Source: an uncultured Gemmatimonadales bacterium (GTDB lineage Bacteria > Gemmatimonadota > Gemmatimonadetes > Gemmatimonadales > GWC2-71-9). Taken from it: a stretch of DNA of 64,000 nt. The DNA lies in contig CAVUAK010000001.1 in the NCBI GenBank assembly GCA_963739455.1, positions 1,120,001 through 1,184,000 of the forward strand. The letters run 5' to 3'. The notes under the pieces are model-generated. The model searched no databases. It was not told where the DNA came from and saw nothing but the letters and a program-made list of their open reading frames with translations. Below, piece after piece: positions 43,110 to 53,155 of this stretch. A program made the position numbers and the translations under genes. Each line of letters opens with the position of its first letter. The first letter of the stretch is position 1.

Positions 43110-43148
43110 TGAGTGTCAGTCGGTCGTCAGTCGTGGGAGGCCAAGCAA

Positions 43149-43184
43149 CCGGGGGGCGTCCCGAGACTCTGGGCCGCCCCCCGG
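43149..43184 (-). terminator. GC-rich hairpin between fae and mtd
   Basis: CCGGGGGGCG...CGCCCCCCGG inverted repeat with no U-tail; may be an mRNA stabiliser. Confidence 0.55.
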
Positions 43185-43209
43185 CGCGAAGACTGGTGAA
43201 CCGCCTGGC

Positions 43210-43722
43210 TCAGCCTTCGGCGCCGCTCGCGAACGGGTGACGGGCCGCCTTGTACTTGGCAAGCACGTCATCCAGCGTCGGCTGGCCCTTCAGCGCGCGG
43301 GAGATGGACTCCTTCGTCGCCTTGTAGTTGAAGTCGTAGATCTTCTTGTCGTCGGCCGCCTGCCAGTGGATGAACACGCCCACGAGCACGACGTAGTCGT
43401 TTGCCTTGTCCTTCGGGATCGTGCCATCGGCGACGCTGTCCATGACGGCGCGCGCCACGGCGGCCTGGGCCGGGCCAAACATCTGGACGGCCTGCTTGGC
43501 GCCCTTGATGGTGACCTTGTTGAAGAGCAGCGTGTCCGGCTTGCACGCCAGGTTCGGCGTCACGACCGCGAGGAGCGTGGTGAAGCCATCGGAATTGCGC
43601 GACAGGGCCTGGGTGAAGGCCGCACCAGCGTGTCCGCTCTTGGAGCCGATGATGAGATCGATATGCGCGATCTCGTTGCCATCACCGACCAGCGATTCGC
43701 CGATGAAAAAATCCGCAGCCAT
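43210..43722 (-). CDS. fae: Formaldehyde-activating enzyme
   Basis: [58 protein letters not shown]. Confidence 0.97.
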   Translation of the reverse strand: MAADFFIGESLVGDGNEIAHIDLIIGSKSGHAGAAFTQALSRNSDGFTTLLAVVTPNLACKPDTLLFNKVTIKGAKQAVQMFGPAQAAVARAVMDSVADGTIPKDKANDYVVLVGVFIHWQAADDKKIYDFNYKATKESISRALKGQPTLDDVLAKYKAARHPFASGAEG

Positions 43723-44218
43723 GGAAAGCCTCCGTTTACGGTTGGTCGAGCCCAGGGAACCGGGGAACTGCCTTCAACATCGAGGTTGCAACAAAACCGG
43801 GGAGCAGCTGACGGCCTCATCGGCCGGGGGCGGTCCCGCCGCAGCGGGTAGCTCTTCGAGGATGCCTAGTATGGAAGCCACACATGAGGGTGTCAAGCCG
43901 GGATCCGGGGAAGGTGACCGAGCGTGACCTCCGTGTGATCCCCGAGTGCCGGGAATTGTCCTCGCTGTCCTCCCTCCCGGACGTCTTTCCGATGGTCGAA
44001 AAGCCTAAGCGACTTCCAATCATGATGTTACGACGTGGCACGGCGCTGGCCACTTCAGCGGTCCGTTGTCCCCCTGAGTACGCAAACGATTGTGAGGTTG
44101 GGCGGTACAACGAGAAGAAGCTGATTGTCGCGGTCAACACGACGCAGATCACAATTCTGGAAAAAGGGTCGACTGACCTTCCCTGCACCTCCCCGGTGCT
44201 GGATCATCCCGATCCGGG

Positions 44219-45001
44219 TCAGTCTCCTCTCTTCAAGTGCCCCTGCCTCCCCGGTGGGGGCGCTTGGCTATCCCCGTCGCGGAGCGACACGCCGCAGTGC
44301 GTCCGCAGCACCGCCTCCACGAACCATTCCCAGCCGGCATACTCGCGATACTGATCCGACGTCACTCCCGCCAGCTCCTTCAGTCGCCGCCGGAGAGTCC
44401 ACAAGTCGAGTCCCATGCGCTCGGCGGCCTGTGCGCTGGTCATGCGCAGGTTGCCGGCACCGGTGGCGAGGTGGAACACGTCCCGCCATGCGGAGGCATC
44501 GAGGTCGCCCAGCGAATTGAGACGGCCGGCAAGCCAGCGCACGCCGAAGGCCACTCGTGCCAGGCCGCGCGTCGGCGCTGACATTGCGATGGTCATCGGC
44601 ATGGCGATGGACGGTCTCCGGAGCCGTGCCGCCACATAGGCTGCCACGAGCTCAGGATCGGCCGACCGGCGACTGCACACGGCGTGCTGCGCCATCGACG
44701 GAAGCGAGAGGCCGTCCTCGGGGCGGCGCACGAGGAAGGCCGGTGTGCCCGGCACGCCATCGAGTTCGCGAAGGACGTCCGGGTCGCTCGCCGACGCGCG
44801 CGTGACCACGAGCAGCGGCGCCCACGGCGCGCCGCGCAGCGTGCTGCTCACGCCCCGGATCAGGCTGGCGTCCTTGTCGACGTCGAGGATGAAGATGCTC
44901 CCGAGGGGCAGCACACCGGGCACGAGCGCGAGCGCCGTGTAGGGCGGCATCGCGACCCGCAGCGGCGGGTCAATCTCGGCAGGGACCGGTGGCGTAATCA
45001 T
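44219..45001 (-). CDS. Hypothetical protein with C-terminal HTH, possible regulator
   Basis: TSAQAAERMGLDLWTLRRRLKELAG resembles an HTH; N-terminal region resembles a degenerate receiver domain. Confidence 0.55.
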   Translation of the reverse strand: MITPPVPAEIDPPLRVAMPPYTALALVPGVLPLGSIFILDVDKDASLIRGVSSTLRGAPWAPLLVVTRASASDPDVLRELDGVPGTPAFLVRRPEDGLSLPSMAQHAVCSRRSADPELVAAYVAARLRRPSIAMPMTIAMSAPTRGLARVAFGVRWLAGRLNSLGDLDASAWRDVFHLATGAGNLRMTSAQAAERMGLDLWTLRRRLKELAGVTSDQYREYAGWEWFVEAVLRTHCGVSLRDGDSQAPPPGRQGHLKRGD

Positions 45002-45079
45002 GTCGACCTGACAGCATACCCCACCTGTCCCGAATCGGTCAATTGACCTTTTGTTCACCGGCGGCGTTCATTCTCCGCC

Positions 45080-47713
45080 ATGCATCCCGCCCGAGATCAT
45101 CACCTTCCACCAGATCCCGAAGCCTTCCGCCACGCCGCGCATCCGCACGGCCGGGTCATCGTGATCGCGCCCACCCGCGCGGCGTGCGAAACCATCGAGC
45201 TGGCCCTTGGCCTTCACCTGGACACCCTGCTCGAACGGGAGCACGGCGCCGAGCTGCGGGCGTGGGCCTCTGGGGGACAGGGCTTCGGTATCGTGGCGGG
45301 CACCGGCGTCGGCAAGACCCTCGGCATCCGGCCCATCGCGGAGGCAATCCTCAAGGAGCCGCTCCGCGTCGGCGTGGTAAACCGTGAACGGGAAGCCACG
45401 CCGGAAACGCCGTCCTGGAATGTCGTCATCGTCACCACCGGCATTGCGCGCCGCTGGTTCCAGGATGACTTCATTACCGGGCGCGACACGCTCATCGTGG
45501 ACGAGATCCACCAGACCTCGGCCGAGCTGGAGTTGTGCCTCGCGCTCGGCAAGCGGGCGAAGTGCCGCTTCATCTGGCTCAGCGCCACCGTCGATCCGGC
45601 CTACTACTCCCGCTACCTCGAGTCGGCCAACGTCCTGGTGACGCAGGCATTCGACCCGGCGCTGCGGGCGAAGGTCGAGGTGGTTCCCCAGACGACACAG
45701 GAATTCTTCACCGAGAAATACGTGAAGCGGCTCATTCGCGACCGGCGCGGCGTCGCGGTGTTCGTTCCCACGCGCGCGGAGGTGGAACACCTCGCCTCGG
45801 ACATCGGGAGCCAGTGGCCGAAGCTGACGGCGGCCTTCTATCATGGGGGCGAACCGATCCGTGTAGTCCGCCCCTTCCTCGAAGGCGAGGTGGAGCGGCC
45901 GTTCCTCCTGGCGATGACCGCCGCCGGGCAGTCGGCGCTCAACGTGCGCGGCCTCGACACGGTGGTCATCCTCGACGCGCGCTATGCGAACAAGGTGGAT
46001 CGCGGCCGCAACGTGCTCCATCGCCTCTATCTCGGGGCCAACGAGATCCTGCAGATGGCCGGCCGGGTGCATGGGCGCGTGCCCAACGGCGAGGTCACCA
46101 TCCTGAGCGACCGGAAACTCGTGTTCGAGGAGCTGCGCCCAACACCGCCGGAATTCCAGCTGGCGGGCGACGCGGAGCGGGTGGCCATCACCTGTGCGGC
46201 ACTGGGCGTGGACGCCGGGGACCTCGACCTGCCGCAGCCGCTCGACCGCACTGCGTACCGGCGCGCGATGGAGCGCCTGACGTCGCGCGGCCTGGTGGAG
46301 AATGGCCGGCTGACCCGCTATGGACACGAGGTGGAGGCGATGCCGGTGGATCGTCCCTGGGCCGAGCTGCTGGTCCACGCCGATCCAGAACTCACGCCCA
46401 TGGTCGCCGTGTGCTCGAATATCGACTCGCTGCATCGCATGACGCGCGAGGAGCGCGAGCTCCATGGGGCACTGGTGAACGGCAGTGACCACCTCACCGC
46501 GTACAACCTGTTCGCCGAGGCGGTCAACCAGTGTGGCAGCATCGGCGAGGTGTACGGGCTGCCGCGGCATGTGTTCGTGGAGGTAGAGCTGGCCGCCTGG
46601 GCGGAGCGCCGCGGTGTGCTCGTGAAGTCGATCGAGGACACGGCGCTCGGCACGGCATCGGTGTACCGGGCCCTGGAGCAGCCGCTGCCGCGCACCATGC
46701 CGTACGCGTCCAAGGAGATTCGCCGCAAGTGGATCGAGCTCCTCGCGCGGGTGATGCCGTTCGACCTCGTCATCGATGAGCGCACCGCCGACGGCCAGGA
46801 GGCGCGCATCTCGAAAACGTCCGTTGCCGGCAGCTGGGGTGCGGTGACCGGGAACCTCCGGTTCTTTGCCGACCGGTTCGGGACGCCAAGGGCCGGCATC
46901 GAGGGCACGACCATCCCCTACGACGTGGTGAAGGATTTCGCGACCTGGGGCAAGCCGCAGGTGAGCGTCACCGGGCCGCGAAAGCACCAGCACCTCGCCA
47001 CCCACCGCCGGCTCGACTACTTCGGCTTCCACCTCGAGACGGTGGTGGAGGAAATCGAGGGGAACGTGCCACCCGCGCTCCTCGAGCCGGCGCGTGATGC
47101 GCTGGTCTCCGCGCTGATCGAGGGCGAGAGCCCGCACCCCGACCAGGGTCGCATACGGCGCGCGGTGGCAGACCTCGATGAAATGTGGCGCCGGAGCGGT
47201 GGCACGCTCAGCACCATCGCGCCGTCGGCGATTCGTGCCTTGCTCCGGTCCCAGCTCGAGCAGGTGAAAAGCTGGGATGGCTTCCTGCGCCAGCGGGTTG
47301 CGCTCGACCCCGAGGCACTCGTACCCGAGGAGACGCGCACGACCCTGGCTGCGTTGCCCACGTCGGTGCGACTGCATGGCGATGCGGCGCCCCTGCACTA
47401 CGAGATGGAAGAGGGCGTCGGCATCGTGCGCCTGCACCTCCGCGAAGGCCAGGCACGCCGGTTCCAGGATCGGGATCTTCCACCGCTCGACCGGCCGATC
47501 AGGTTCGCGATCGTGCGGGCGCGGCAGGCGCCAGCGCTTGGCGCCACTGTGGCCGAGGCGATGCGCGCGCTCCACCGGAACAGCGACGAGGGTGAGGGAA
47601 GGGACGGGAACCGGGGGCGTCGCGGGGGTGGTGGCGGCGGTCCACGGGGCGGCAAGGCCGGCAAGGGCTTCCGTGGCGGGCGCGACAGCCAGCACTGGCG
47701 AAAGCGCCGCTGA
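45080..47713 (+). CDS. DEAH-box (HrpB-like) helicase
   Basis: GTGVGKT, TTG, DEIH, SAT, VF.PTR.E, YHG, QMAGRV, LT.YG...P; HrpB-like C-terminal region and Gly/Arg-rich tail. Confidence 0.88.
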   Translation: MHPARDHHLPPDPEAFRHAAHPHGRVIVIAPTRAACETIELALGLHLDTLLEREHGAELRAWASGGQGFGIVAGTGVGKTLGIRPIAEAILKEPLRVGVVNREREATPETPSWNVVIVTTGIARRWFQDDFITGRDTLIVDEIHQTSAELELCLALGKRAKCRFIWLSATVDPAYYSRYLESANVLVTQAFDPALRAKVEVVPQTTQEFFTEKYVKRLIRDRRGVAVFVPTRAEVEHLASDIGSQWPKLTAAFYHGGEPIRVVRPFLEGEVERPFLLAMTAAGQSALNVRGLDTVVILDARYANKVDRGRNVLHRLYLGANEILQMAGRVHGRVPNGEVTILSDRKLVFEELRPTPPEFQLAGDAERVAITCAALGVDAGDLDLPQPLDRTAYRRAMERLTSRGLVENGRLTRYGHEVEAMPVDRPWAELLVHADPELTPMVAVCSNIDSLHRMTREERELHGALVNGSDHLTAYNLFAEAVNQCGSIGEVYGLPRHVFVEVELAAWAERRGVLVKSIEDTALGTASVYRALEQPLPRTMPYASKEIRRKWIELLARVMPFDLVIDERTADGQEARISKTSVAGSWGAVTGNLRFFADRFGTPRAGIEGTTIPYDVVKDFATWGKPQVSVTGPRKHQHLATHRRLDYFGFHLETVVEEIEGNVPPALLEPARDALVSALIEGESPHPDQGRIRRAVADLDEMWRRSGGTLSTIAPSAIRALLRSQLEQVKSWDGFLRQRVALDPEALVPEETRTTLAALPTSVRLHGDAAPLHYEMEEGVGIVRLHLREGQARRFQDRDLPPLDRPIRFAIVRARQAPALGATVAEAMRALHRNSDEGEGRDGNRGRRGGGGGGPRGGKAGKGFRGGRDSQHWRKRR

Positions 47714-48630
47714 TGTCGCCTGCAGTTCCACTGACACTGATCGTCGTGCAGGTGTTGTTCGCGAGTCTCGCCATTGCAGGGCGGTACGTCCTGCCGGAAT
47801 TCCCCGCGGGATTGCTGGTGACGGTACGCGTACTGGGCGCCGCCGCCGTGCTGCTGATGGTCAATGCACTGCGGGGCGGGCCGTGGGTGACGAACCGGCG
47901 CGACCTCGTCGATCTCGCGGTGCTGGGGCTGCTGGGGATCGCCGCCAACCAGTCGCTCTTCCTGTTCGGCCTCAAGCACACCACCGCGATCAACGCGACC
48001 ATCCTCGTTACCACCGTCCCGGTGTTCACGGTGTTCGGGTCGGTGCTCCTGGGCCGCGAGCCGGCCTCGGCGTGGAAATTCGCCGGGATCGCGCTCGCCG
48101 CACTGGGAACGGTGTACCTGATCGGTCCCGATCGCATTTCGCTCGCGCCGGATGTGGCACTGGGCAACCTCCTGATCGTCATCGGCATGGTCTGCTACGC
48201 GGCGTACTTCCTCCTGGCCAAGCCGATGATGGCGCGGTACGACTCGATCACGGTCAGCACGTACGTCATGCTCTTTGCAATCGTGGGCGTGCTGCCGCTG
48301 GGGCTCCTGGCATTGAGGGGCTTCGACCTCGGCGGAGTGCGCGCGCCGGTATGGGGCTGGGTGGGCTACATCGTGGTGGGACCCACAATCTTCACGTACC
48401 TCCTCAACATCTGGGCGCTTCGCCGGGCATCATCGAACATGGTGGCGATCTTCATTTACCTGCAGCCGCTGCTCACCGCTGCGGTGGCACCGTTGCTCCT
48501 GCGGGGAGAGTCGATCACGGCGAGGGCAGTGGCTGCTGCCGGCGCCATCTTCGCGGGGTTGGCGACGGTGATCGTGGCGGAACGACGGCAGCAGCGGCAG
48601 TTGCCCGACGATGTGCCGGTTGGCGAGTAG
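47713..48630 (+). CDS. DMT/EamA-family transporter
   Basis: About 10 hydrophobic helices; GLKHTTA.NA.I...P, YLQP. Confidence 0.9.
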   Translation: MSPAVPLTLIVVQVLFASLAIAGRYVLPEFPAGLLVTVRVLGAAAVLLMVNALRGGPWVTNRRDLVDLAVLGLLGIAANQSLFLFGLKHTTAINATILVTTVPVFTVFGSVLLGREPASAWKFAGIALAALGTVYLIGPDRISLAPDVALGNLLIVIGMVCYAAYFLLAKPMMARYDSITVSTYVMLFAIVGVLPLGLLALRGFDLGGVRAPVWGWVGYIVVGPTIFTYLLNIWALRRASSNMVAIFIYLQPLLTAAVAPLLLRGESITARAVAAAGAIFAGLATVIVAERRQQRQLPDDVPVGE

Positions 48631-48734
48631 TGTTTCCTCCCCGGACTGAGGCGTCCTTGACCAATGGACGGTGCCCGACGACCTTGACCGTCTCGGAATG
48701 AAACCTTTCGGTCCCTTGTCGCGTATCTGCATAT

Positions 48735-49199
48735 ATGACTGAAGGATCCACCACTACCAGCACCCAGCCATCAGTCTTTTCTCCGCTGGCCCGGGCGCTC
48801 CTCGACGGCTTCAGCGAAGGCGTGATCGTGTTCGATGCGCAGGGTCGTGTGATGTACGCCAACCAGCAGGCCCGGGAGGCGTTGCGATCCTTCGACTTGA
48901 GTGCGGATGCCCGGGACCTGTTGCCGCAGCTGTCGGCCATCGGTGGACGGCTCCGCCCGCTCCGCATCGGGCAACTCGAGCTGGGTGAGGCGATGTTCAT
49001 TCCTGGGGTGGCGGGACCGGCGACGTTGGCGGAGCGCGAGAAGGAGGCTATCGTCAAGATGCTGGACGCCAATAGCTGGAAGCTGGCGGACACCGCCCGG
49101 CATCTCGGCATCAGCCGCACGACACTCTGGCGCCGTCTCAAGGCATACGGGCTTCACCGGGACGGCCGGACCAAATGGGCGCATTCCTCGCCACGCTAG
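48735..49199 (+). CDS. Small PAS + Fis-type HTH protein
   Basis: EGVIVFD..GRV.YAN, then TLAE.EK.AI...L.A..W....TA..LGISRTTLWRRLK.YG. Confidence 0.8.
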   Translation: MTEGSTTTSTQPSVFSPLARALLDGFSEGVIVFDAQGRVMYANQQAREALRSFDLSADARDLLPQLSAIGGRLRPLRIGQLELGEAMFIPGVAGPATLAEREKEAIVKMLDANSWKLADTARHLGISRTTLWRRLKAYGLHRDGRTKWAHSSPR

Positions 49200-51388
49200 T
49201 CGCTGCGACAGTCCTTTCCCCGACATCACGAGACACCGTTACCCCATTCGCCAGCGCCGCTACCCAGGCGCTGGTTGAGCGCGCCATGGTGCGCCAGCGG
49301 GAGCAGGATTCCCTCGTCACCGACTACGCGGCGAACGTGCGATACCGGCTGACGATGTCGATGGGCCGGCGTCGCTGGGGGCGCAGCGTGCCGGCGGCGG
49401 TGGAAGAGCAGGAGGCCCGGGTGACGTGGGCGGCGCCGAACAACCTCCGGGTAGACATCGTCGGGCGCCGAGCCGAGTCGACCAACCAGGAAATCGAGCT
49501 GCGCAGTGTCTGGGATCGACCCTGGTTCGTGGCTCGCGGGCTCACCGACTCGATCCGCCTTTTCAGCGATGACTTTCCCGCCATTGCTCCGCTGCACCCG
49601 CTCGCCCCGAGCGGGCCAGAGTGGTACCGCTACGACCTCGTGGACAGCCTGCAGGTGACGCTGCCCAACGGACGTCGGGTCATGCTGCTGGCGGTGGACG
49701 TCGCGCCCGCCAGGGAGGGCCAGTCGCTCGTGGTGGGAAGGCTCTGGCTCGACGCCGAGACGGCGGAGACAGTGCGCTTCTCGTTCCGCTATGTGGGGAC
49801 ATCCCAGTGGGTGGCCCCGGACGGTGACACGAAGAAGGATTCGTCGAGTTCGCGGCGCGCCAACAAGCTGGTGAGCCGGTTGCTGACGCTCGATGCCGAC
49901 CTGGAGTACTCGCTGCAGGAAGGCCGCTACTGGATGCCGTACCGCCAGGTGCTGTCGGGTCGCGTCAGCATTCCGTTTGCCGGCGACCTGGTGATCCCAT
50001 TCGAGGCGGTCACGACATTCCGGGACTATGAAATCAATACCGGCCGCCAGCCGGTATTCTCCCTTCCGCTCCCCGACTCCACGCTATCGGCGGACAGCCT
50101 CAAGGCGCTGGTGAAGATGCGGCAGGACACCCTCCGCCGGGCGCGGCGCAGTGGTGAAGTGCCCGACAGCATCTGGGCCCGCGACTACGCAGCGGTGTGG
50201 ACAGGCGGTCGCTTCGAGATCCACCGGGCACCGCAGGACTCGCTCGCCCTGTTCAGCGATTGGGGCGACAGCCTGACGCTGGCCCCGAATCCCGATGCCG
50301 CGGCCCAGCAGCGCGAAGTCGAGGGTGAGCTTTCGCGAATGGCGCAGCGCCTGCCATCGGGACTCACCGGCGAGAAGCCGGTCCGCTTCACCTACCAGCG
50401 AACGTCCGATGCGTTCGGGTTCAACCGGGTCCAGGGTTACTCGCTGGGCGCGGGCATCGGGGTGACGCTGCCGTGGTGGGACTTCACGAACCTCTACGGC
50501 ACCGTGCGCTATGGCTTCAGCAACCAGCAGGTGAACGGCCGGCTCGGCGTGGTGCGCAACGGCCCCGGCTGGAAGCTGACGGTGGACGGCTACTACGACA
50601 TCGTGGACCAGGATCCCATCTCGCCGGGTCGCAACCTGGTGAACTCGTTCAACGCGATCTTCACCGCACACGACAATGCCGACTACATGCTGGCCGGTGG
50701 CGGTGCGGCGAACCTCAATGTGCCGCTGAGCGATCGCCTCGACCTCCGCGTGGGCACGAAGGTGGAGTGGCAGGGAACGGTGGAGACCGAGACCGGATCG
50801 GGCGTGAATGACTTCCTCGGCGGGTCGGGCGACATGCCGCCGAACGCCCCGGTGACGGAGGGCACCTTTGCCGGCGGGTCGGTGGCACTGCACCAGGGTG
50901 GAGCGCTGGGGTGGACACTCACGGCCGATGTACTGGGCGGGGCAGGGACGGTGACCGGCCGGGCCTGGGGTGATCTTCGCCTCAGCATGGGCAGTTCCGC
51001 CGGCGCGACGCTGCGGGTGAAGAGTGGTGTGGCCACCAGCCCGGTGCTGCCGCAGATGGAATTCCGCGCCGGCGGCATCAACACCGTGCGCGGATACCAG
51101 TACGGCACCGAACGTGGTGCCTCGTTCTGGGCAGCCCAGGCCGACGTGACACCCTTCGCGGGACCGGTGCGTCCGGTGCTCTTCATCGATGCGGGCTGGG
51201 CCGGGAGTGCAACGAACTACTTCAGTGGATCACCGCTGGTCGGCGCCGGCATCGGGCTCTCGATCTACAGCAAGCTCTTCCGCACCGGCATCATCCGGTT
51301 CGACTTCAGCCGGGCGTTGACGCAGCGCGATACGCCGGGCAACTCCGCATCCTTCCGCTTCGACGTCATCCTGACGGCAGTGCGATGA
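49175..51388 (+). CDS. Outer-membrane protein with an Omp85/TamA-like barrel segment
   Basis: Signal-like N-terminus, FNRVQG, GG..TVRGY, F.DAG, G.GL, RFD C-terminal strands. Confidence 0.65.
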   Translation: MGAFLATLVAATVLSPTSRDTVTPFASAATQALVERAMVRQREQDSLVTDYAANVRYRLTMSMGRRRWGRSVPAAVEEQEARVTWAAPNNLRVDIVGRRAESTNQEIELRSVWDRPWFVARGLTDSIRLFSDDFPAIAPLHPLAPSGPEWYRYDLVDSLQVTLPNGRRVMLLAVDVAPAREGQSLVVGRLWLDAETAETVRFSFRYVGTSQWVAPDGDTKKDSSSSRRANKLVSRLLTLDADLEYSLQEGRYWMPYRQVLSGRVSIPFAGDLVIPFEAVTTFRDYEINTGRQPVFSLPLPDSTLSADSLKALVKMRQDTLRRARRSGEVPDSIWARDYAAVWTGGRFEIHRAPQDSLALFSDWGDSLTLAPNPDAAAQQREVEGELSRMAQRLPSGLTGEKPVRFTYQRTSDAFGFNRVQGYSLGAGIGVTLPWWDFTNLYGTVRYGFSNQQVNGRLGVVRNGPGWKLTVDGYYDIVDQDPISPGRNLVNSFNAIFTAHDNADYMLAGGGAANLNVPLSDRLDLRVGTKVEWQGTVETETGSGVNDFLGGSGDMPPNAPVTEGTFAGGSVALHQGGALGWTLTADVLGGAGTVTGRAWGDLRLSMGSSAGATLRVKSGVATSPVLPQMEFRAGGINTVRGYQYGTERGASFWAAQADVTPFAGPVRPVLFIDAGWAGSATNYFSGSPLVGAGIGLSIYSKLFRTGIIRFDFSRALTQRDTPGNSASFRFDVILTAVR

Positions 51389-51940
51389 CCCGGCGCCATG
51401 GCGTGGCGTGGGTGATGGTTGCCGTGCTCGCAGCGGGGTGCCGGACCAGCACTGGGGGGACGCTGCACGCGCGTTGGGCCAGCATCGACACGACGCTGCG
51501 CGGCGGCACACTGTCGGTGCCGCTCAGGGGGACGTGGTGCGAGTCGACGCAGCCGGCTCACGCTGCTCGGCCTGCGGGGCGACACCGGGGTCGGAATCCT
51601 GGTGCGCACCGTGACGCTCGCGCCGGGGCGCATTCGCGGTGTCCGACACCAATGCCAGGCGCGTGCCGGGGGCGTCGTCGCGCTGCGCGTCACCGCTGGT
51701 GACAACCTGTTTGCGCTGAGCAGCGATTCCGGGGCTGGTGGCGATCACGTCGGTGCGGGAGGGGCGGATTGCGGGGCGATTTGTGGCGTGGCTCTCACGG
51801 CCGGCGGCGGGTCCGGTGACTGCTCGTCGGGGATTTCACGGCGGTGATCGGTGGAGCCGGACACGGCGCTCTGCGAGTCCCTTGTCGCGCCAGCCGGCGC
51901 CGCCTGTCCCGCTCGATTCGGGTGTAAATTATCCCGATGG
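51385..51940 (+). CDS. Hypothetical lipoprotein, frameshifted
   Basis: LAAGC lipobox; reading frame broken at least twice; 3' end approximate. Confidence 0.4.
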
Positions 51941-53152
51941 ACAGCACCTACTACCGGAAGGGGTTCGGCCTCAAGGGCGAGATCGAGGAGCAGCGGAGCG
52001 CGGACTACCACAGCGGCCTGGTGGAGCTGCTCCGCGCCCGAGACTACGCACTCGCCGTCGGGCCGCTCACCTTCCGGCTAGCCCGTGAGTTCGGCTTCTG
52101 CTACGGCGTCGACCGCGCGGTGGACTACGCCTACGAGACCCGCCACAAGTTCCCCGACCGGCGGCTCCTGCTCGTGGGCGAGATCATCCACAATCCGCAC
52201 GTGAACCGGAAGCTCGAGCAGATGGGCATCGAGTTCCTGCATCACGGCGACCGACGGCGAGTTCGACTTCTCCCCGGTGCAGCCGGACGACGTGGTGATC
52301 ATGCCGGCGTTCGGCGTCACGATCCGCGACTTCGAGCGGCTGCGCGCCATCGGTTGCGTCATGGTGGACACGACCTGCGGCTCGGTGCTGAACGTCTGGA
52401 AGCGGGTGGAGGGCTACGCGCGCGACGCCTTCACCGCGGTGATCCACGGCAAGCACTACCACGAGGAGACGAAGGCGACCGCGAGCCAGGTCATGAAGTA
52501 TCCCGGCGGCCGCTACCTGGTGGTGTTCAACATGGAGGAGGCGCGGGTCGTCTGCGACTACATCGAGCAGGGCGGCGATGCGGCGGCGCTGTCGCGCCGT
52601 TTCGAGCAGCGCCATTCGCCCGGCTTCGACTTCACCCGGGACCTCGAGCGGGTGGGCATCGCGAACCAGACCACCATGCTCTCGGGCGAGTCACTGGCGA
52701 TCGCGGAGGAGTTCCGGCGCAGCATGGAGCGGCGCTACGGCACCGCGGCCATCGCCGACCACTTCCGCACCTTCGACACGATCTGCTCCGCCACGCAGGA
52801 GCGGCAGGACGCGGTGGTGACGCTGCTGCAGGAACCGCTCGACGTGATGGTGGTGGTGGGCGGCTACAACTCGAGCAACACGACCCACCTCGCCGCGCTC
52901 GTCGAGTCGCAAGGCGTGCGGGCGTACCACATCGAGGATGCCAATTGCGTGGACCCGGCCGCCGGGACGATCCGGCACCAGCCGGTGGGGCAGAAGCAGG
53001 AGGTCGAGGCGGCGGGCTGGCTGGGCGATTCCCGGCGGATCGGCATCACCGCCGGCGCATCGACGCCCAACAACAAGGTGGGCGAAACGATCGCGCGCAT
53101 CGCGGCGACAGCCGGGCTCGAGCGCGAGCTGGGCGTACTGCTGGCGTCGTAG
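51937..53152 (+). CDS. ispH: 4-hydroxy-3-methylbut-2-enyl diphosphate reductase; frameshift near 52250
   Basis: FGFCYGV.RA, EIIHNP.V, DTTC, HEET, NQTT, TICSATQERQ, SSNT, TAGASTP. Confidence 0.95.
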
Positions 53153-53155
53153 CGG

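Noticed and set aside
44036..44050. GG-N10-GC sigma54-like site
   Set aside because: On the plus strand pointing away from fae, no plus-strand gene follows, and the -12 element lacks TTGC.
45068..47737. 889-aa minus-strand ORF
   Set aside because: Antisense shadow of the helicase; no motifs, and typical of high-GC codon bias.
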